This document shows positions 9,916 to 19,866 of a stretch of 64,000 nucleotides of DNA, piece by piece. The stretch is from NCBI GenBank assembly GCA_017477485.1, contig JAFUVR010000037.1, positions 6,949-70,948 of the forward strand. Reading direction: 5' to 3'. The translations under genes were made by a program, and so were the position numbers. This DNA comes from Bacteroidales bacterium. Lineage in GTDB: Bacteria; Bacteroidota; Bacteroidia; Bacteroidales; P3. Position 1 is the stretch's first letter; each line of letters begins with the position of its first letter. The notes under the pieces were generated by a model that ran no database searches, was not told the origin of the DNA, and worked only from the letters and a program-made list of their open reading frames with translations.

Positions 9916-9958
9916 CATCCTCCCGTCTTCATGTGCAAGACGGGAGGATGTTTTCTTT
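9916..9958 (+). terminator. Intrinsic terminator
   Basis: CATCCTCCCGTCTT-catgtgc-AAGACGGGAGGATG followed by TTTTCTTT. Confidence 0.75.
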
Positions 9959-10035
9959 GTGGCTTAACCAAAAATGATGATGACAGCCAAACCAAATAAC
10001 CAATAGTAGTGATGCGGTGCAACGGGGGCATTCCC

Positions 10036-10043
10036 TACTTTTG
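10036..10043 (+). promoter_or_regulatory. -7 promoter box TACTTTTG
   Basis: 38 nt upstream of ATG 10081. Confidence 0.45.
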
Positions 10044-10080
10044 CCATCATAGAATAGTAAAGTACAACACACTCAACACA

Positions 10081-11394
10081 ATGAAAACAAAATACTTGAC
10101 ATTCATCTTCCTATCCTTTGCACTGCTATTCTCTGCATCCGACATCGCAGCCCAGACCCCGCCACCCAGCGAATCAACGCCCAGTCTGCTGAGCATCCGA
10201 CGCCTCAGCATAGGGGGCTACGGCGAAGCCGTATATCAATACAACTTCTTCAGCGACAATCCATTCCGCTATAGCAATGCCGACCGCTACAAAGACTCCA
10301 AAGGACACGGACGCGTCGATATGCCTCATGCCGTCATCAATCTGGGCTATGACTTTGGCCACGGATGGTCATTTGGCACCGAGATAGAGTTTGAGCATGG
10401 CGGTACCGAGGCCGCCGTAGAGATGGAGGCCGAAGAGAGCGGCGAATATGAGAAAGAGATAGAACGTGGCGGCGAGGTGGCCTTGGAGCAGTTCTGGCTT
10501 CAGAAGTCGTTCGGCGCTGCCGTCAACCTGCGCGCTGGCCACATCATAGTGCCCGTAGGCGGCACCAATGCAGCCCACGAGCCCGACAAATTCTTCGGGG
10601 TCTTCCGCCCCGAGGGGGAGAACACCATTCTCCCCTGCACATGGCATGAGACGGGACTGGAACTCTTCGGACGCATGGGCGACTGGCGCTACGACGTCAT
10701 GCTACTGCCCAGCCTCAACTCCAGCTATTTCACCGAGTCGGGATGGGCCAACGGGGCGTCAGCATCACCCTACGAATTTCGCGTGGCCAACCGGCTGGCC
10801 GGAGCCGCCCGCATCGACAACTATTCCGTGCCAGGCCTGCGGCTGAGCCTCAGCGGATTTGTGGGCAACACCTTCTTCAACGACATCGTGACCAACGAGA
10901 GTTCCAAGAAATACGGCTCGGTCAAAGGCCTGGTCTACATCGGAGCCTTCGATTTCAGCTATCGCCACGGCGGACTCGTGGTCCGTGGCAATGCCGACTA
11001 TGGCCATCTCGACGAGGCCGACATCATCTCCACCTACAACAAGAACCTGAGCCACGCCACCGGGTCGCCCTTTCCGCGCAGCCTCGTCGGCGAAGCCGCC
11101 TATGCGCTGGGCATAGAGGCCGGATACGACATCTTCAGCCTCTTTGACGGCACAATGGGCGGACGGCGCCTCTTCCTCTTTGGCCGCTATGACCGATACA
11201 ACTCTTACCTGCCGGCCGGCGTGCGCTCCACTATAGGGTGGACCGAACGGCAGTGCGTCAGTGCCGGTATCAACTATAGGCCCATCCCCGCCATCATCGT
11301 CAAAGCCGAGGGCGGCGTGCGCCTCATGGACAGCCAGTACAACAAAGAGCCGTGGATGGCCCTCGGCATCACGTGGGTGGGCATGTTCAACTAA
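10081..11394 (+). CDS. Outer-membrane beta-barrel, porin-like protein (first gene of the imelysin cluster)
   Basis: Signal peptide MKTKYLTFIFLSFALLFSASDIAAQ, alternating beta-strand pattern and C-terminal aromatic residue (..WVGMFN). Start moved to ATG 10081. Confidence 0.7.
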   Translation: MKTKYLTFIFLSFALLFSASDIAAQTPPPSESTPSLLSIRRLSIGGYGEAVYQYNFFSDNPFRYSNADRYKDSKGHGRVDMPHAVINLGYDFGHGWSFGTEIEFEHGGTEAAVEMEAEESGEYEKEIERGGEVALEQFWLQKSFGAAVNLRAGHIIVPVGGTNAAHEPDKFFGVFRPEGENTILPCTWHETGLELFGRMGDWRYDVMLLPSLNSSYFTESGWANGASASPYEFRVANRLAGAARIDNYSVPGLRLSLSGFVGNTFFNDIVTNESSKKYGSVKGLVYIGAFDFSYRHGGLVVRGNADYGHLDEADIISTYNKNLSHATGSPFPRSLVGEAAYALGIEAGYDIFSLFDGTMGGRRLFLFGRYDRYNSYLPAGVRSTIGWTERQCVSAGINYRPIPAIIVKAEGGVRLMDSQYNKEPWMALGITWVGMFN

Positions 11395-11457
11395 GCCCTT
11401 CACGCCAAGAAGCCTATCATCAAGACAGACAAAAACAACTCCTAAATAACTAAAACA

Positions 11458-12645
11458 ATGAAGAAAAAACTACGTAACCTGATGCTCATTGCAGCTGCCA
11501 TGACCTGCACCGTGGCCTTCACGAGCTGCAAAGATGACGATGACGACAAGTCCGTCAACAACGATTCTGCCGAGGCCGAATACAAGATGCTGGCCGAGCA
11601 GTATGTCAACAACACAGTGGTATACACCTACAAACAATTGGCCGCCCAGACCGAGCAGCTGGCCACCCAGCTCGCCACCCTGCAGGAGAGCAAGACCCAG
11701 GCCAACCTCGAACAAGTATGCACCACCTTTCTCGAAGCCCGCGAATGGTGGGAGAAGAGCGAGGCCTTCCTCTTTGGTCCTGCCACCAGTTTCGGCATCG
11801 ACCCCCACATCGACAGCTGGCCCCTCGACGCCACCCGTTTCGACGCACTGATGAGCAACGCCAACCAGCTTGAGCAACTCGGCGGCGAGGACGGCGACCT
11901 TGTAGCCAACGGTCTCGAAGCCACCCTGCTGGGATTCCACGGGCTGGAGTATGTGCTCTTTGCCGATGGCGCTGCCAAACAGGTCAGTGCTATCACCGAC
12001 AACCAGCTCATCTATGCCGTAGCCGTGGCAGGCGACCTGCGCAACTGCTGCTACCGTCTGGCCATCAGCTGGGCCGGCGAGGACAATGTGCCGACCCACT
12101 ATGTGGAGAAAATGGAAGAGGCCGAATGGGAATACACCGTCAATGGCAACGGACGCAGCTATGCCGACGACATGATGCGTGCTGGCAAAGCCGGCAGCAC
12201 CTACGAGAGTTTCGCCCACGTCATGCAGCAGATTGCCACCGGATGTGCCGACATAGCTGACGAGGTAGGCACCTCCAAGGTGGGCAGCGCCTATAAAGGC
12301 GAGGATGAGACCTACATCGAGAGCCCCTACAGCAAGAAGTCGCTCATTGACTTCCGCGACAACATGCTCAGCATCCAGAATGCCTACATGGGTGGCGTCG
12401 AAGGACAGCGCGACGAAAGCAAATCCATCCACAACTATGTCAAGAACCACAACGCAGCCCTTGACCAAGAAATCATGACGGCCCTCGACAACGCCATCAA
12501 CGAGTTCGAGACAAAGGCAGCCCAGGGGGCTTTCGTCGACACCTATATGAACGCCGGTGCCTATGACGATGCCATGCAGTACTGCTCCGACCTCGAAGAG
12601 GCAATGATAAAACTCAGAACCTTCTTTGGCGGTGCAGAAGAATAA
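11458..12645 (+). CDS. Imelysin-family (peptidase M75-like, EfeO/IrpA-like) lipoprotein
   Basis: Lipobox AFTSC. Contains the imelysin GxHxxE motif (LLGFHGLEYVLF) and IDPHIDSWPLD. Sits next to a DUF1111 di-haem protein, as is typical for this system. Confidence 0.75.
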   Translation: MKKKLRNLMLIAAAMTCTVAFTSCKDDDDDKSVNNDSAEAEYKMLAEQYVNNTVVYTYKQLAAQTEQLATQLATLQESKTQANLEQVCTTFLEAREWWEKSEAFLFGPATSFGIDPHIDSWPLDATRFDALMSNANQLEQLGGEDGDLVANGLEATLLGFHGLEYVLFADGAAKQVSAITDNQLIYAVAVAGDLRNCCYRLAISWAGEDNVPTHYVEKMEEAEWEYTVNGNGRSYADDMMRAGKAGSTYESFAHVMQQIATGCADIADEVGTSKVGSAYKGEDETYIESPYSKKSLIDFRDNMLSIQNAYMGGVEGQRDESKSIHNYVKNHNAALDQEIMTALDNAINEFETKAAQGAFVDTYMNAGAYDDAMQYCSDLEEAMIKLRTFFGGAEE

Positions 12646-12667
12646 ATCGGACATTCAACATATCCTT

Positions 12668-12719
12668 AAAGAGCGCACGACCCTCCGCAAAAGGGCGTGT
12701 GCTCTTTGAAAGTTTTTTT
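12668..12719 (+). terminator. Hairpin plus T-run between the imelysin and DUF1111 genes
   Basis: AAAGAGCGCACG...CGTGTGCTCTTT (one G.U), then T7 five nt downstream. Confidence 0.5.
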
Positions 12720-12769
12720 CAAACAACGCTTAATCATCCAATACTCACCCATAAAAACAAGAACCCACT

Positions 12770-14407
12770 ATGCGCAAGACATCCTATTGCATCAAACTGT
12801 TCATGAACTTAGCATTGGTTGCCGCCGTCTTTGCGGCCTGCAAGGACGACAACGACAACCGGTCGGCAGCCGAGGCTACCGCCAACCTGCCAGACTACCT
12901 CGTCGAGGAGACCTACGCCGGCGGCCAGCTCGACACCACCTTCAACAGCACCGCCTCGGCCTACGAGGTCCCCGCCCCCGCCGTAGAAGAGGCCGGCATG
13001 GTCAACGAATTCAAGTATGGCGAATACTTCTTCGAACGCCCCATCACCGTCAACAGCAAGCCCTTCAACGGTCTCGGTCCTCTCTACATCCGCAACTCGT
13101 GCGAGGCCTGCCACCCAGGCTATGGCCATGGCCGCCGCATGACGCGCTATCGCGCCGACGACTGGGGCAACGGCTACCTCCTCGTCTGCTACGACAAGCG
13201 CAACAATGCCTACATCTCCTCCCTCACCGGCATGCCGCAGACCAAAGCCGTGGCACCCTTCAAGGCTCCGCTGGATGAGACCCAGATCAACATAGCATGG
13301 AACACCTACACCGACGAATGGGGCAACCGTTTCCCCGACGGTGAGCCCTACGAGCTCATCTATCCCGAGGTGACCATTCCCGAGGCCGCCTACTACATCC
13401 CCTTCGGCGAAGGGGGCGAGCCCGTGCCCTACGAGCATGTGGGCGTGCTTCTCGAAGGCACCATAGGCATCTACGGCACCGGCCTCATCGACGCCATCCC
13501 CGACGACTCGCTCAAGGCCCAGTATCTGAAAGAGTACACCGACGGCTACATGCAGCACGGCCTCAACCCCGCCATGTGGGCTGGTGCCGACTGGGCCGCC
13601 ACAGGCCTTTACGGCAACACCAACCACCCCAAGCGCTACACTTATGCCCTCACTCGCGGTCCCTTGCAGGATGCTCCTGGCAGCAACGCCATCTGGAACA
13701 TCACCAACGTGACCCGCAGCAACAAGCAGGCCCACTACATGACCGCCATCTATGCTAACACCGCCAAGAACGACCCTGACGTGCGCCGCGAGTTCTACCG
13801 CTATTTCCCCGACATGAAAATCACCGGCGACACCGCACAGGACATCTATAACTACCTGATGTATGCCACCGACGAGGTCAAGAACCGTCTCGAACCCGAG
13901 ATGAGCGACCGCGACTATGTCAACTTCATGGTGTGGCACCGCGGCCTCGCCGTGCCCGCCGCCCGCAACCTCGGCGACGCCGAGGTGCAACGCGGACGCC
14001 AACTCTTCCGCGATCTCGGATGCGCCTACTGCCACCGTCCCAGCTGGACCACCGGCGACGACAATTTCACCGACCCTACCGGCTTCTTTGCCGACGGCGA
14101 CAGCCGACTGCCCCGCTTCCCCAACCAGAAGATATGGCCCTATAGCGACTTCGTCCAGCACAAGCTGATGATGAAGAACGACATCCGCACCGGCTGGTGC
14201 CGCACCACCCCGCTCTGGGGCCGCGGCCTCTCCGCCATCTGCACCGGCGCCGCCGACCGCCTGCACGACTATCGCGCCCGCAACGTCATCGAAGCCATCA
14301 TGTGGCACGGCGCCCCCGACAGCGATGCACGCCAAACGGTAGAGCAGTTCCGCCAGCTCAGCAAGAGCGACCGCGACGCCGTCGTCAAGTTCATCAACGC
14401 CATCTGA
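12770..14407 (+). CDS. Di-haem cytochrome c family protein (DUF1111, thiol oxidoreductase/peroxidase-like)
   Basis: Lipobox AAVFAAC. Two CxxCH haem-binding motifs (CEACH and CAYCH). Confidence 0.8.
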   Translation: MRKTSYCIKLFMNLALVAAVFAACKDDNDNRSAAEATANLPDYLVEETYAGGQLDTTFNSTASAYEVPAPAVEEAGMVNEFKYGEYFFERPITVNSKPFNGLGPLYIRNSCEACHPGYGHGRRMTRYRADDWGNGYLLVCYDKRNNAYISSLTGMPQTKAVAPFKAPLDETQINIAWNTYTDEWGNRFPDGEPYELIYPEVTIPEAAYYIPFGEGGEPVPYEHVGVLLEGTIGIYGTGLIDAIPDDSLKAQYLKEYTDGYMQHGLNPAMWAGADWAATGLYGNTNHPKRYTYALTRGPLQDAPGSNAIWNITNVTRSNKQAHYMTAIYANTAKNDPDVRREFYRYFPDMKITGDTAQDIYNYLMYATDEVKNRLEPEMSDRDYVNFMVWHRGLAVPAARNLGDAEVQRGRQLFRDLGCAYCHRPSWTTGDDNFTDPTGFFADGDSRLPRFPNQKIWPYSDFVQHKLMMKNDIRTGWCRTTPLWGRGLSAICTGAADRLHDYRARNVIEAIMWHGAPDSDARQTVEQFRQLSKSDRDAVVKFINAI

Positions 14408-14422
14408 TCCACTCCATCTCTC

Positions 14423-14457
14423 AAGGGGCCGTAGTCGCTATGGCCCCTTCTTTTTCT
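14423..14457 (+). terminator. Intrinsic terminator
   Basis: AAGGGGCC-gtagtcgctat-GGCCCCTT followed by CTTTTTCTT. Confidence 0.65.
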
Positions 14458-14544
14458 TCGCTTTCCACAATGCTCCGCATTGCCATAGCCACCCGAAAGG
14501 CATTCCGAAATCAAATCCTCATCAACAAACATATCAAAAAAAAC

Positions 14545-16773
14545 ATGAAACGCTGGGTTGTAGTCTCCATGGTGCTCACCATCATAGCCATGATAGTGGG
14601 CACGCTGCTTGAAAAATCCTTCGGGTCCGCCTTCGCCCTGACCCACGTCTATCGCACGCCGTGGTTTATGGCACTGCTGATCATCGTCGTGGCGCTGGGA
14701 TGCGTGGTGCTGTGGCAGCACAAGCTCTACCGTCGCCTGCCCACCGCGGGTATCCACTTCGCCTTTGTCTTCATCGTGGCAGGCATCATCCTCACCACCT
14801 TCACCGCCCAGTCCGGCCGGCTCACCCTCGCCGAGGGGCTCTCCGCCAACACCTTTCAGGCCACCGACGACGGCCGCTCTTGCGATGGCACGCTGCCCTT
14901 CGACGTGAAGCTACAGGACTTCGAGGTCGTCAACTATCCCGGCACCCATGCCCCGCAGGACTTCGTCACCTCCATTCTCTTCGTCGACCCCGACGGCAGC
15001 ACCACCGAGGCACAGGTGTCGATGAACAAGATAGCCCAACACCGCGGCTATCGCTTCTATCAGGCCGGCTACGACAACGAGGGCCACGACTTCCTCACGG
15101 TGGCCCACGACCCATGGGGCATCGGCTTCACCTATGCCGGCTATCTCATCCTCGCCCTCTCGTTCATAGGCTTCTTCTTCGACCGCCAGAGCAACTTCCG
15201 GCAGTTGCTGCGAGGTCCTGCGGCCAAAGCATCGGTCGTGGTCCTGCTCCTGCTGGCGGGGACAGGCACCCACGCTGCCGCCCGAGAGCAGACACCCCTG
15301 CCACGCACCCTGCCTGCCGAACAGGCCGAAACGCTGGGCCGCCTCTATGTGCTCTACAACGACCGCGTGTGCCCGCTCCAGACCCTCGCCACCGAATTCA
15401 CCACCAAACTCTACGGCAAAGCCTCCTATCGGGGGCTCTCTGCCGAACAGGTACTCAGCGGATGGATTTTCTATTACAGCGACTGGAGCCAAGAGCCCAT
15501 GTTCAAGATCAAGGGCGATGCCGTGCGCCAGACACTGGGCCTCTCGGGGCGCTATGCCTCGCTCAACGACTTCGTCGACGGCGACACCTATAAGCTCAAA
15601 GCGCCCATCGACAGCCTCGATTTTTCCAACCCCCTGCGCAACAAGATGCTGGCCGCCGACGAGAAATACAACCTCATCGCCATGCTCTACGGCGGACAGC
15701 TGCTCAAGATTTTCCCACTGACGGACTCGCTGGGGGCACTCCACTGGTATTCGCAATCCGACCAACTGCCCCTCACGGTGGCCGACGACGAATATCTCTT
15801 CATCAAGAAAAGCCTCTCCTACTGCCAAGAGCTGGTGGCTTTCGGCCGCTACGACCAGCTTGACACCACGCTCGTCAAGCTGCGTGCCTATCAGCAGCAG
15901 CGTGCCGGAGCACTGCTTCCCCCCAAGGGCCGGATTGCCGCCGAACGGCTGATCAACAGCCTCAACTACAGCCGCCTGCTCGCCATGTTCTTCATCACGC
16001 TCGGTCTCATCTGCTTTGTCTACACCATCGTGCGGATGGCCCAACGCCGACAGCTGCATGCCGCCGTGCGCATACTGGTGACATCGCTACTGGCCCTCCT
16101 GGCCGTCTACCTCTGTCTGATGTTCGTGCTGCGATGGATTGTATCGGGCCATGTACCACTGTCCAACGGCTATGAGACCATGCTCTTCCTCTCGCTCTGT
16201 GTGTCGCTCTTCGCCCTCTTCATGCAACGCCGACATGACATCGTGCTACCCGCCGGACTCCTGCTCGTCGGATTCACCCTCCTCGTGGCCATGATCGGAG
16301 GGTCCAACCCGTCGGTGACGCAACTCATGCCCGTGCTCAATTCGCCGTTGCTTTGCATCCATGTGGCCATCATCATGATCTCCTACTCGCTGCTGGCCTT
16401 CGCCATGCTCAACGGCATCGCGGGACTGGTGATAGGAGCCGTTGCCCGTCAGCCCCTGGACGAAGTGCAGCAGGCCCTCATGCGCATCAGCCAGCTGCTG
16501 CTCTACCCCGCCATCTTTTGTCTGGCCATAGGTATTTTCATCGGTGCCATTTGGGCCAACGTGTCGTGGGGCACCTACTGGTCGTGGGACCCCAAAGAGG
16601 TGTGGGCGCTCATCACCCTGCTGGTCTACGCCTTCCCGTTGCACGTGCGCTCTTTCCCGTGGCTGCGGAAGCCCAAGACCTTCCACCTATACATGGTATT
16701 GGCCTTCCTCACCGTGCTCATCACCTACTTCGGCGTCAACCTCATCCTCGGCGGAATGCACAGCTACGCCTGA
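14545..16773 (+). CDS. ccsA: Cytochrome c biogenesis system II protein, fused ResB/CcsB-CcsA (CcsBA)
   Basis: Trp-rich haem-handling motif WGTYWSWDPKEVWALITLLVY and many TM segments. Start placed at ATG 14545 (MKRWVVVSMVLTIIAMIVG) because the upstream part of ORF 14197.. overlaps the preceding gene and its terminator. Confidence 0.8.
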   Translation: MKRWVVVSMVLTIIAMIVGTLLEKSFGSAFALTHVYRTPWFMALLIIVVALGCVVLWQHKLYRRLPTAGIHFAFVFIVAGIILTTFTAQSGRLTLAEGLSANTFQATDDGRSCDGTLPFDVKLQDFEVVNYPGTHAPQDFVTSILFVDPDGSTTEAQVSMNKIAQHRGYRFYQAGYDNEGHDFLTVAHDPWGIGFTYAGYLILALSFIGFFFDRQSNFRQLLRGPAAKASVVVLLLLAGTGTHAAAREQTPLPRTLPAEQAETLGRLYVLYNDRVCPLQTLATEFTTKLYGKASYRGLSAEQVLSGWIFYYSDWSQEPMFKIKGDAVRQTLGLSGRYASLNDFVDGDTYKLKAPIDSLDFSNPLRNKMLAADEKYNLIAMLYGGQLLKIFPLTDSLGALHWYSQSDQLPLTVADDEYLFIKKSLSYCQELVAFGRYDQLDTTLVKLRAYQQQRAGALLPPKGRIAAERLINSLNYSRLLAMFFITLGLICFVYTIVRMAQRRQLHAAVRILVTSLLALLAVYLCLMFVLRWIVSGHVPLSNGYETMLFLSLCVSLFALFMQRRHDIVLPAGLLLVGFTLLVAMIGGSNPSVTQLMPVLNSPLLCIHVAIIMISYSLLAFAMLNGIAGLVIGAVARQPLDEVQQALMRISQLLLYPAIFCLAIGIFIGAIWANVSWGTYWSWDPKEVWALITLLVYAFPLHVRSFPWLRKPKTFHLYMVLAFLTVLITYFGVNLILGGMHSYA

Positions 16774-16797
16774 GGCCATGCCACGGCATCGCTCTCA

Positions 16798-17511
16798 TTG
16801 CCTGTATTCATTGAGCGACAGCAAAAACGCCCTTCCTCGATTAGTGGGGATAAAAAGAAGAAAGAGGGAAACGATGCCACCGATATACCAGACATTACAA
16901 ACATGGTGCCTACGGAGGCCAACGTGATTGCGAGTATTGGTGCAGAGCTACTCCGTGATACACAAGATACTACAAAAGAAGATAGGAAAATCGAGAATCA
17001 CGGCATCGGGAGCGACGCGATAGTGCTCTGTGCAATCGCAACACAGATTGCTGTCGAGAATGTCAGCGCTGCTCCGCAGGCATTGATGCTGATAGCGCGT
17101 ATCGCCAGATGCTTAGATAAAGATGACGAGAGAAAAAGGATCTGCCGGATGGTGGCTGAAAAGATTAGGAAAATCAACAATTCCAACTACCTACAGATCT
17201 GGGCCCAGCAACTGACCATCGAAGATGACCGAGAGAACGACCCGGTACCATACGACGAACCCTTGTGTTCCATAGCCATCGGGCAAAAGAAAAAACTATG
17301 GAACAACGACTGGCTCAAAAAATCCTTGACCAAAGGCTTCGAGGACGGCAACATCATTGTTCCTGACAAAGCAACCGACAATGCTTCCGAAACCTTCCCA
17401 ATCCTCACTCTCGAAGATTTGACCGGTGATTTCATTGACATCGACTTCGCTGAATTAGAACGGGTAATAAAAGAAGGGAAGGGTAAGGTCCTCTTTCCAT
17501 GTCAGTTTTAA
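16798..17511 (+). CDS. Hypothetical protein, AT-rich orphan ORF (possible remnant of acquired DNA)
   Basis: 237-aa ORF (TTG start; first ATG near 16903). Visibly lower GC than its neighbours. No motif recognised. About 270 nt of non-coding DNA follows. Confidence 0.4.
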   Translation: MPVFIERQQKRPSSISGDKKKKEGNDATDIPDITNMVPTEANVIASIGAELLRDTQDTTKEDRKIENHGIGSDAIVLCAIATQIAVENVSAAPQALMLIARIARCLDKDDERKRICRMVAEKIRKINNSNYLQIWAQQLTIEDDRENDPVPYDEPLCSIAIGQKKKLWNNDWLKKSLTKGFEDGNIIVPDKATDNASETFPILTLEDLTGDFIDIDFAELERVIKEGKGKVLFPCQF

Positions 17512-17779
17512 CTAAAACCGACATAGCGAAAAAAAGGAACATGATTTGACGCCGTCATCGAAGGGGAAAAACAAAAGAGACCCGTAACTTGACAACATCT
17601 AATCAACTCTTGTTCTATTCGTAAATAGCGTTCTATCACGGCATAAGAAGCAAACCGCTGAAGTAGTAACGACTTGGCGGTAGACTGTTATTCTTCACCC
17701 ATACCCCAAGCGGACGTACACCATTCGACTGAAAAGAGATTGCAGCCTAATGATGTGAGGACTGCTATAATCATGACCC

Positions 17780-18433
17780 TCAGTGGCTTTGATACTGGCG
17801 GGAGAGACGGGTGATGTCGGAGGGGGTGATGACTGTGCGGGGGTAGCCGTCGCGGACGAGTGCGAGCTGCGACTGGGCTATCTCCTTCATGCTGTTGGCT
17901 TGGCCGAGGAGACGGAAGAGCGGATAGAAAGGGATGAAGAGGTACTGCATGGCCTGCATGTGGCGCTGGCCGCGGGCCCACCGCATGATGGCTGGACGGA
18001 AGGCAAAGGCGCGACGGAAACCCATAGTCTGGATGGCGGTCTCGGTGTGGCCTTTCACCTGCTGCCAGAGCTGCGGTCCGGCGGGGTCGGTACCGGCGCC
18101 GCTGAGGTAGATGAAGGTCATACGCTCTTTGCAAGGCATGATGGCGGCAAAATGGAGTGGAATCTCTTGCGAGATAAGCACGTATTGGTCGCGCGGGGTG
18201 CCCACGGAGGTGACACCGGCGATGAAGAAGACGGCATCGTAGCCCTCGAAACGGGGGTCGCCCTCGCGCAGCTGCATGAAGTCGGCCACGAGGTATTCTT
18301 CCAGTTTGGGATGGCTGTGGCCCGAGGGGCGACGGCTGACGGAGAGCACCTTCTCGACAGCGTCGAGCCGGAGCAATTCGAGGAGGGTGCCTTCGCCCAC
18401 GTAGCCGGTGGCACCTGTCAGTATGATTTTCAT
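17780..18433 (-). CDS. NAD(P)H-binding, atypical SDR/epimerase-like protein
   Basis: N-terminal Rossmann motif MKIILTGATGYVGEG. Confidence 0.7.
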   Translation of the reverse strand: MKIILTGATGYVGEGTLLELLRLDAVEKVLSVSRRPSGHSHPKLEEYLVADFMQLREGDPRFEGYDAVFFIAGVTSVGTPRDQYVLISQEIPLHFAAIMPCKERMTFIYLSGAGTDPAGPQLWQQVKGHTETAIQTMGFRRAFAFRPAIMRWARGQRHMQAMQYLFIPFYPLFRLLGQANSMKEIAQSQLALVRDGYPRTVITPSDITRLSRQYQSH

Positions 18434-18495
18434 GGGTTGGGATTTATGGAACAGACTACAAAATTAATATTTTTAGCCGTGTGAGCAAAAAAATG

Positions 18496-18503
18496 TAATT
18501 TTG
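18496..18503 (+). promoter_or_regulatory. -7 promoter box TAATTTTG
   Basis: 48 nt upstream of start 18551. Confidence 0.4.
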
Positions 18504-18550
18504 TATGTTTTTAGAACATCGAGACGCTGTCTCCAAACACCGCCAAAGGA

Positions 18551-19231
18551 GTGCTAAAAAAACATTTGATAATCATAGTGGCCTGCTTTCTGAGTTGCAT
18601 GGCAGTAGCGCAGGAGCGGTCGCTGCACCGCATATATTTCGATAGCGACGAGGTCGCCGACGTGTCCTATAGCGACAGCCTGTGGCTCGACCCACCGCAG
18701 CGCCTGCATGGCCGCATCGGCCTGGGCGGAGGCGTGGTGAGCGGCTTCGGCCACACGGCAGGCTACACCTTCGTGATGCCAGAGCTGAGCTATAGGATTT
18801 CCGACCGGCTGACACTCGGCGGCGGGATAGGCATGATGCAAGGCACCGCCGACATAGCGCCGCGTCTGCAAGGCGTGGGCGAGCGCAGTCTGGCACCACG
18901 GCGCCGCAAGATGCTGAACAGCATGCACCTCGACGCCACCTTTCAGCCCAACGAGCGGCTGACGGTGGCCGCCTCGGTATTTATGATGCAGGGCAACCTG
19001 CTGCCGCTGCTCCGTCCCGACACGCCCGACGGCTACGCCCTCGGAGCATCGGCGGCACTGCATTACAGATTTGACGACAACCGTTACCTGTCGCTCTACA
19101 TAGAATACATACGCGGCGAGAACATGCCCCTGTGGCCCTACGGCGCGCCATGGGGCATGGAATGCTGGCCCTACTACGGCATGGCGGGACCCACAGGCTG
19201 CCGCCACATAGGGTTTGGCTTCGGCGAATAG
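18551..19231 (+). CDS. Secreted hypothetical protein (possible small beta-barrel)
   Basis: GTG start and signal peptide LKKHLIIIVACFLSCMAVAQE. No recognised motif. Confidence 0.5.
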   Translation: MLKKHLIIIVACFLSCMAVAQERSLHRIYFDSDEVADVSYSDSLWLDPPQRLHGRIGLGGGVVSGFGHTAGYTFVMPELSYRISDRLTLGGGIGMMQGTADIAPRLQGVGERSLAPRRRKMLNSMHLDATFQPNERLTVAASVFMMQGNLLPLLRPDTPDGYALGASAALHYRFDDNRYLSLYIEYIRGENMPLWPYGAPWGMECWPYYGMAGPTGCRHIGFGFGE

Positions 19232-19259
19232 CGACAGGCTAATATCTCCCACACACGCA

Positions 19260-19862
19260 ATGGAATACAACACACAAAGAGAGAAGATAGGCATCATGGA
19301 CTATGGGCGCAACGTGCAGAAGCTCATAGAGTATGCCAAGACCATCGAAGACCGTGAGAAACGCAACCAGACCGCCGACGCCATCATAGGCATCATGGCA
19401 CAGGTGAACCCCCACGTGCGCGACCACAGCGACTACCGCCGCAAATTATGGGACCACCTGATGATGCTGGCTGGCGGCGAGCTGGACGTTGACGTCCCCT
19501 TCGAGGTGAGCCATGAGACAGCAGTGCATTTCGAGCCCCACCGCATGAGCCACAGCAACGGCGAGGTGCACTACCGCCACTACGGCAAGCTGCTGGAAGC
19601 GATGGTGCGGCGCGTGGGCGACTACGAGCAGGGCGAAGAGCGCAGCCTGCTGGAGACCCAGCTGGCGCAGGACATGAAACGGGCCTACCTGACATGGAAC
19701 CGAGACACGGTGGAAGACAGCGTGATTGTTGACCAGATGCGACAGATGAGCGACGGGAAGATCCTCCTGCCAGAGGACAGCGAGATCGTGCTGCCCCACG
19801 GAGGCCAGCAACCCGACGACTTCGCAGAGCGCAAGAAAAGCAAGAAGAAAAAGAAAAAATAA
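19260..19862 (+). CDS. DUF4290 domain protein
   Basis: MEYNTQREKIGIMDYGRNVQKLIEY.. with a Lys-rich tail. Conserved position immediately upstream of murA in Bacteroidota (family assignment from memory). Confidence 0.7.
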   Translation: MEYNTQREKIGIMDYGRNVQKLIEYAKTIEDREKRNQTADAIIGIMAQVNPHVRDHSDYRRKLWDHLMMLAGGELDVDVPFEVSHETAVHFEPHRMSHSNGEVHYRHYGKLLEAMVRRVGDYEQGEERSLLETQLAQDMKRAYLTWNRDTVEDSVIVDQMRQMSDGKILLPEDSEIVLPHGGQQPDDFAERKKSKKKKKK

Positions 19863-19866
19863 CGTT

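Noticed and set aside
14197-14544. 116-aa N-terminal extension of the ccsBA ORF
   Set aside because: It is Arg/Pro-rich nonsense that overlaps the 3' end and terminator of the DUF1111 gene. The real start is ATG 14545, followed by a TM helix.
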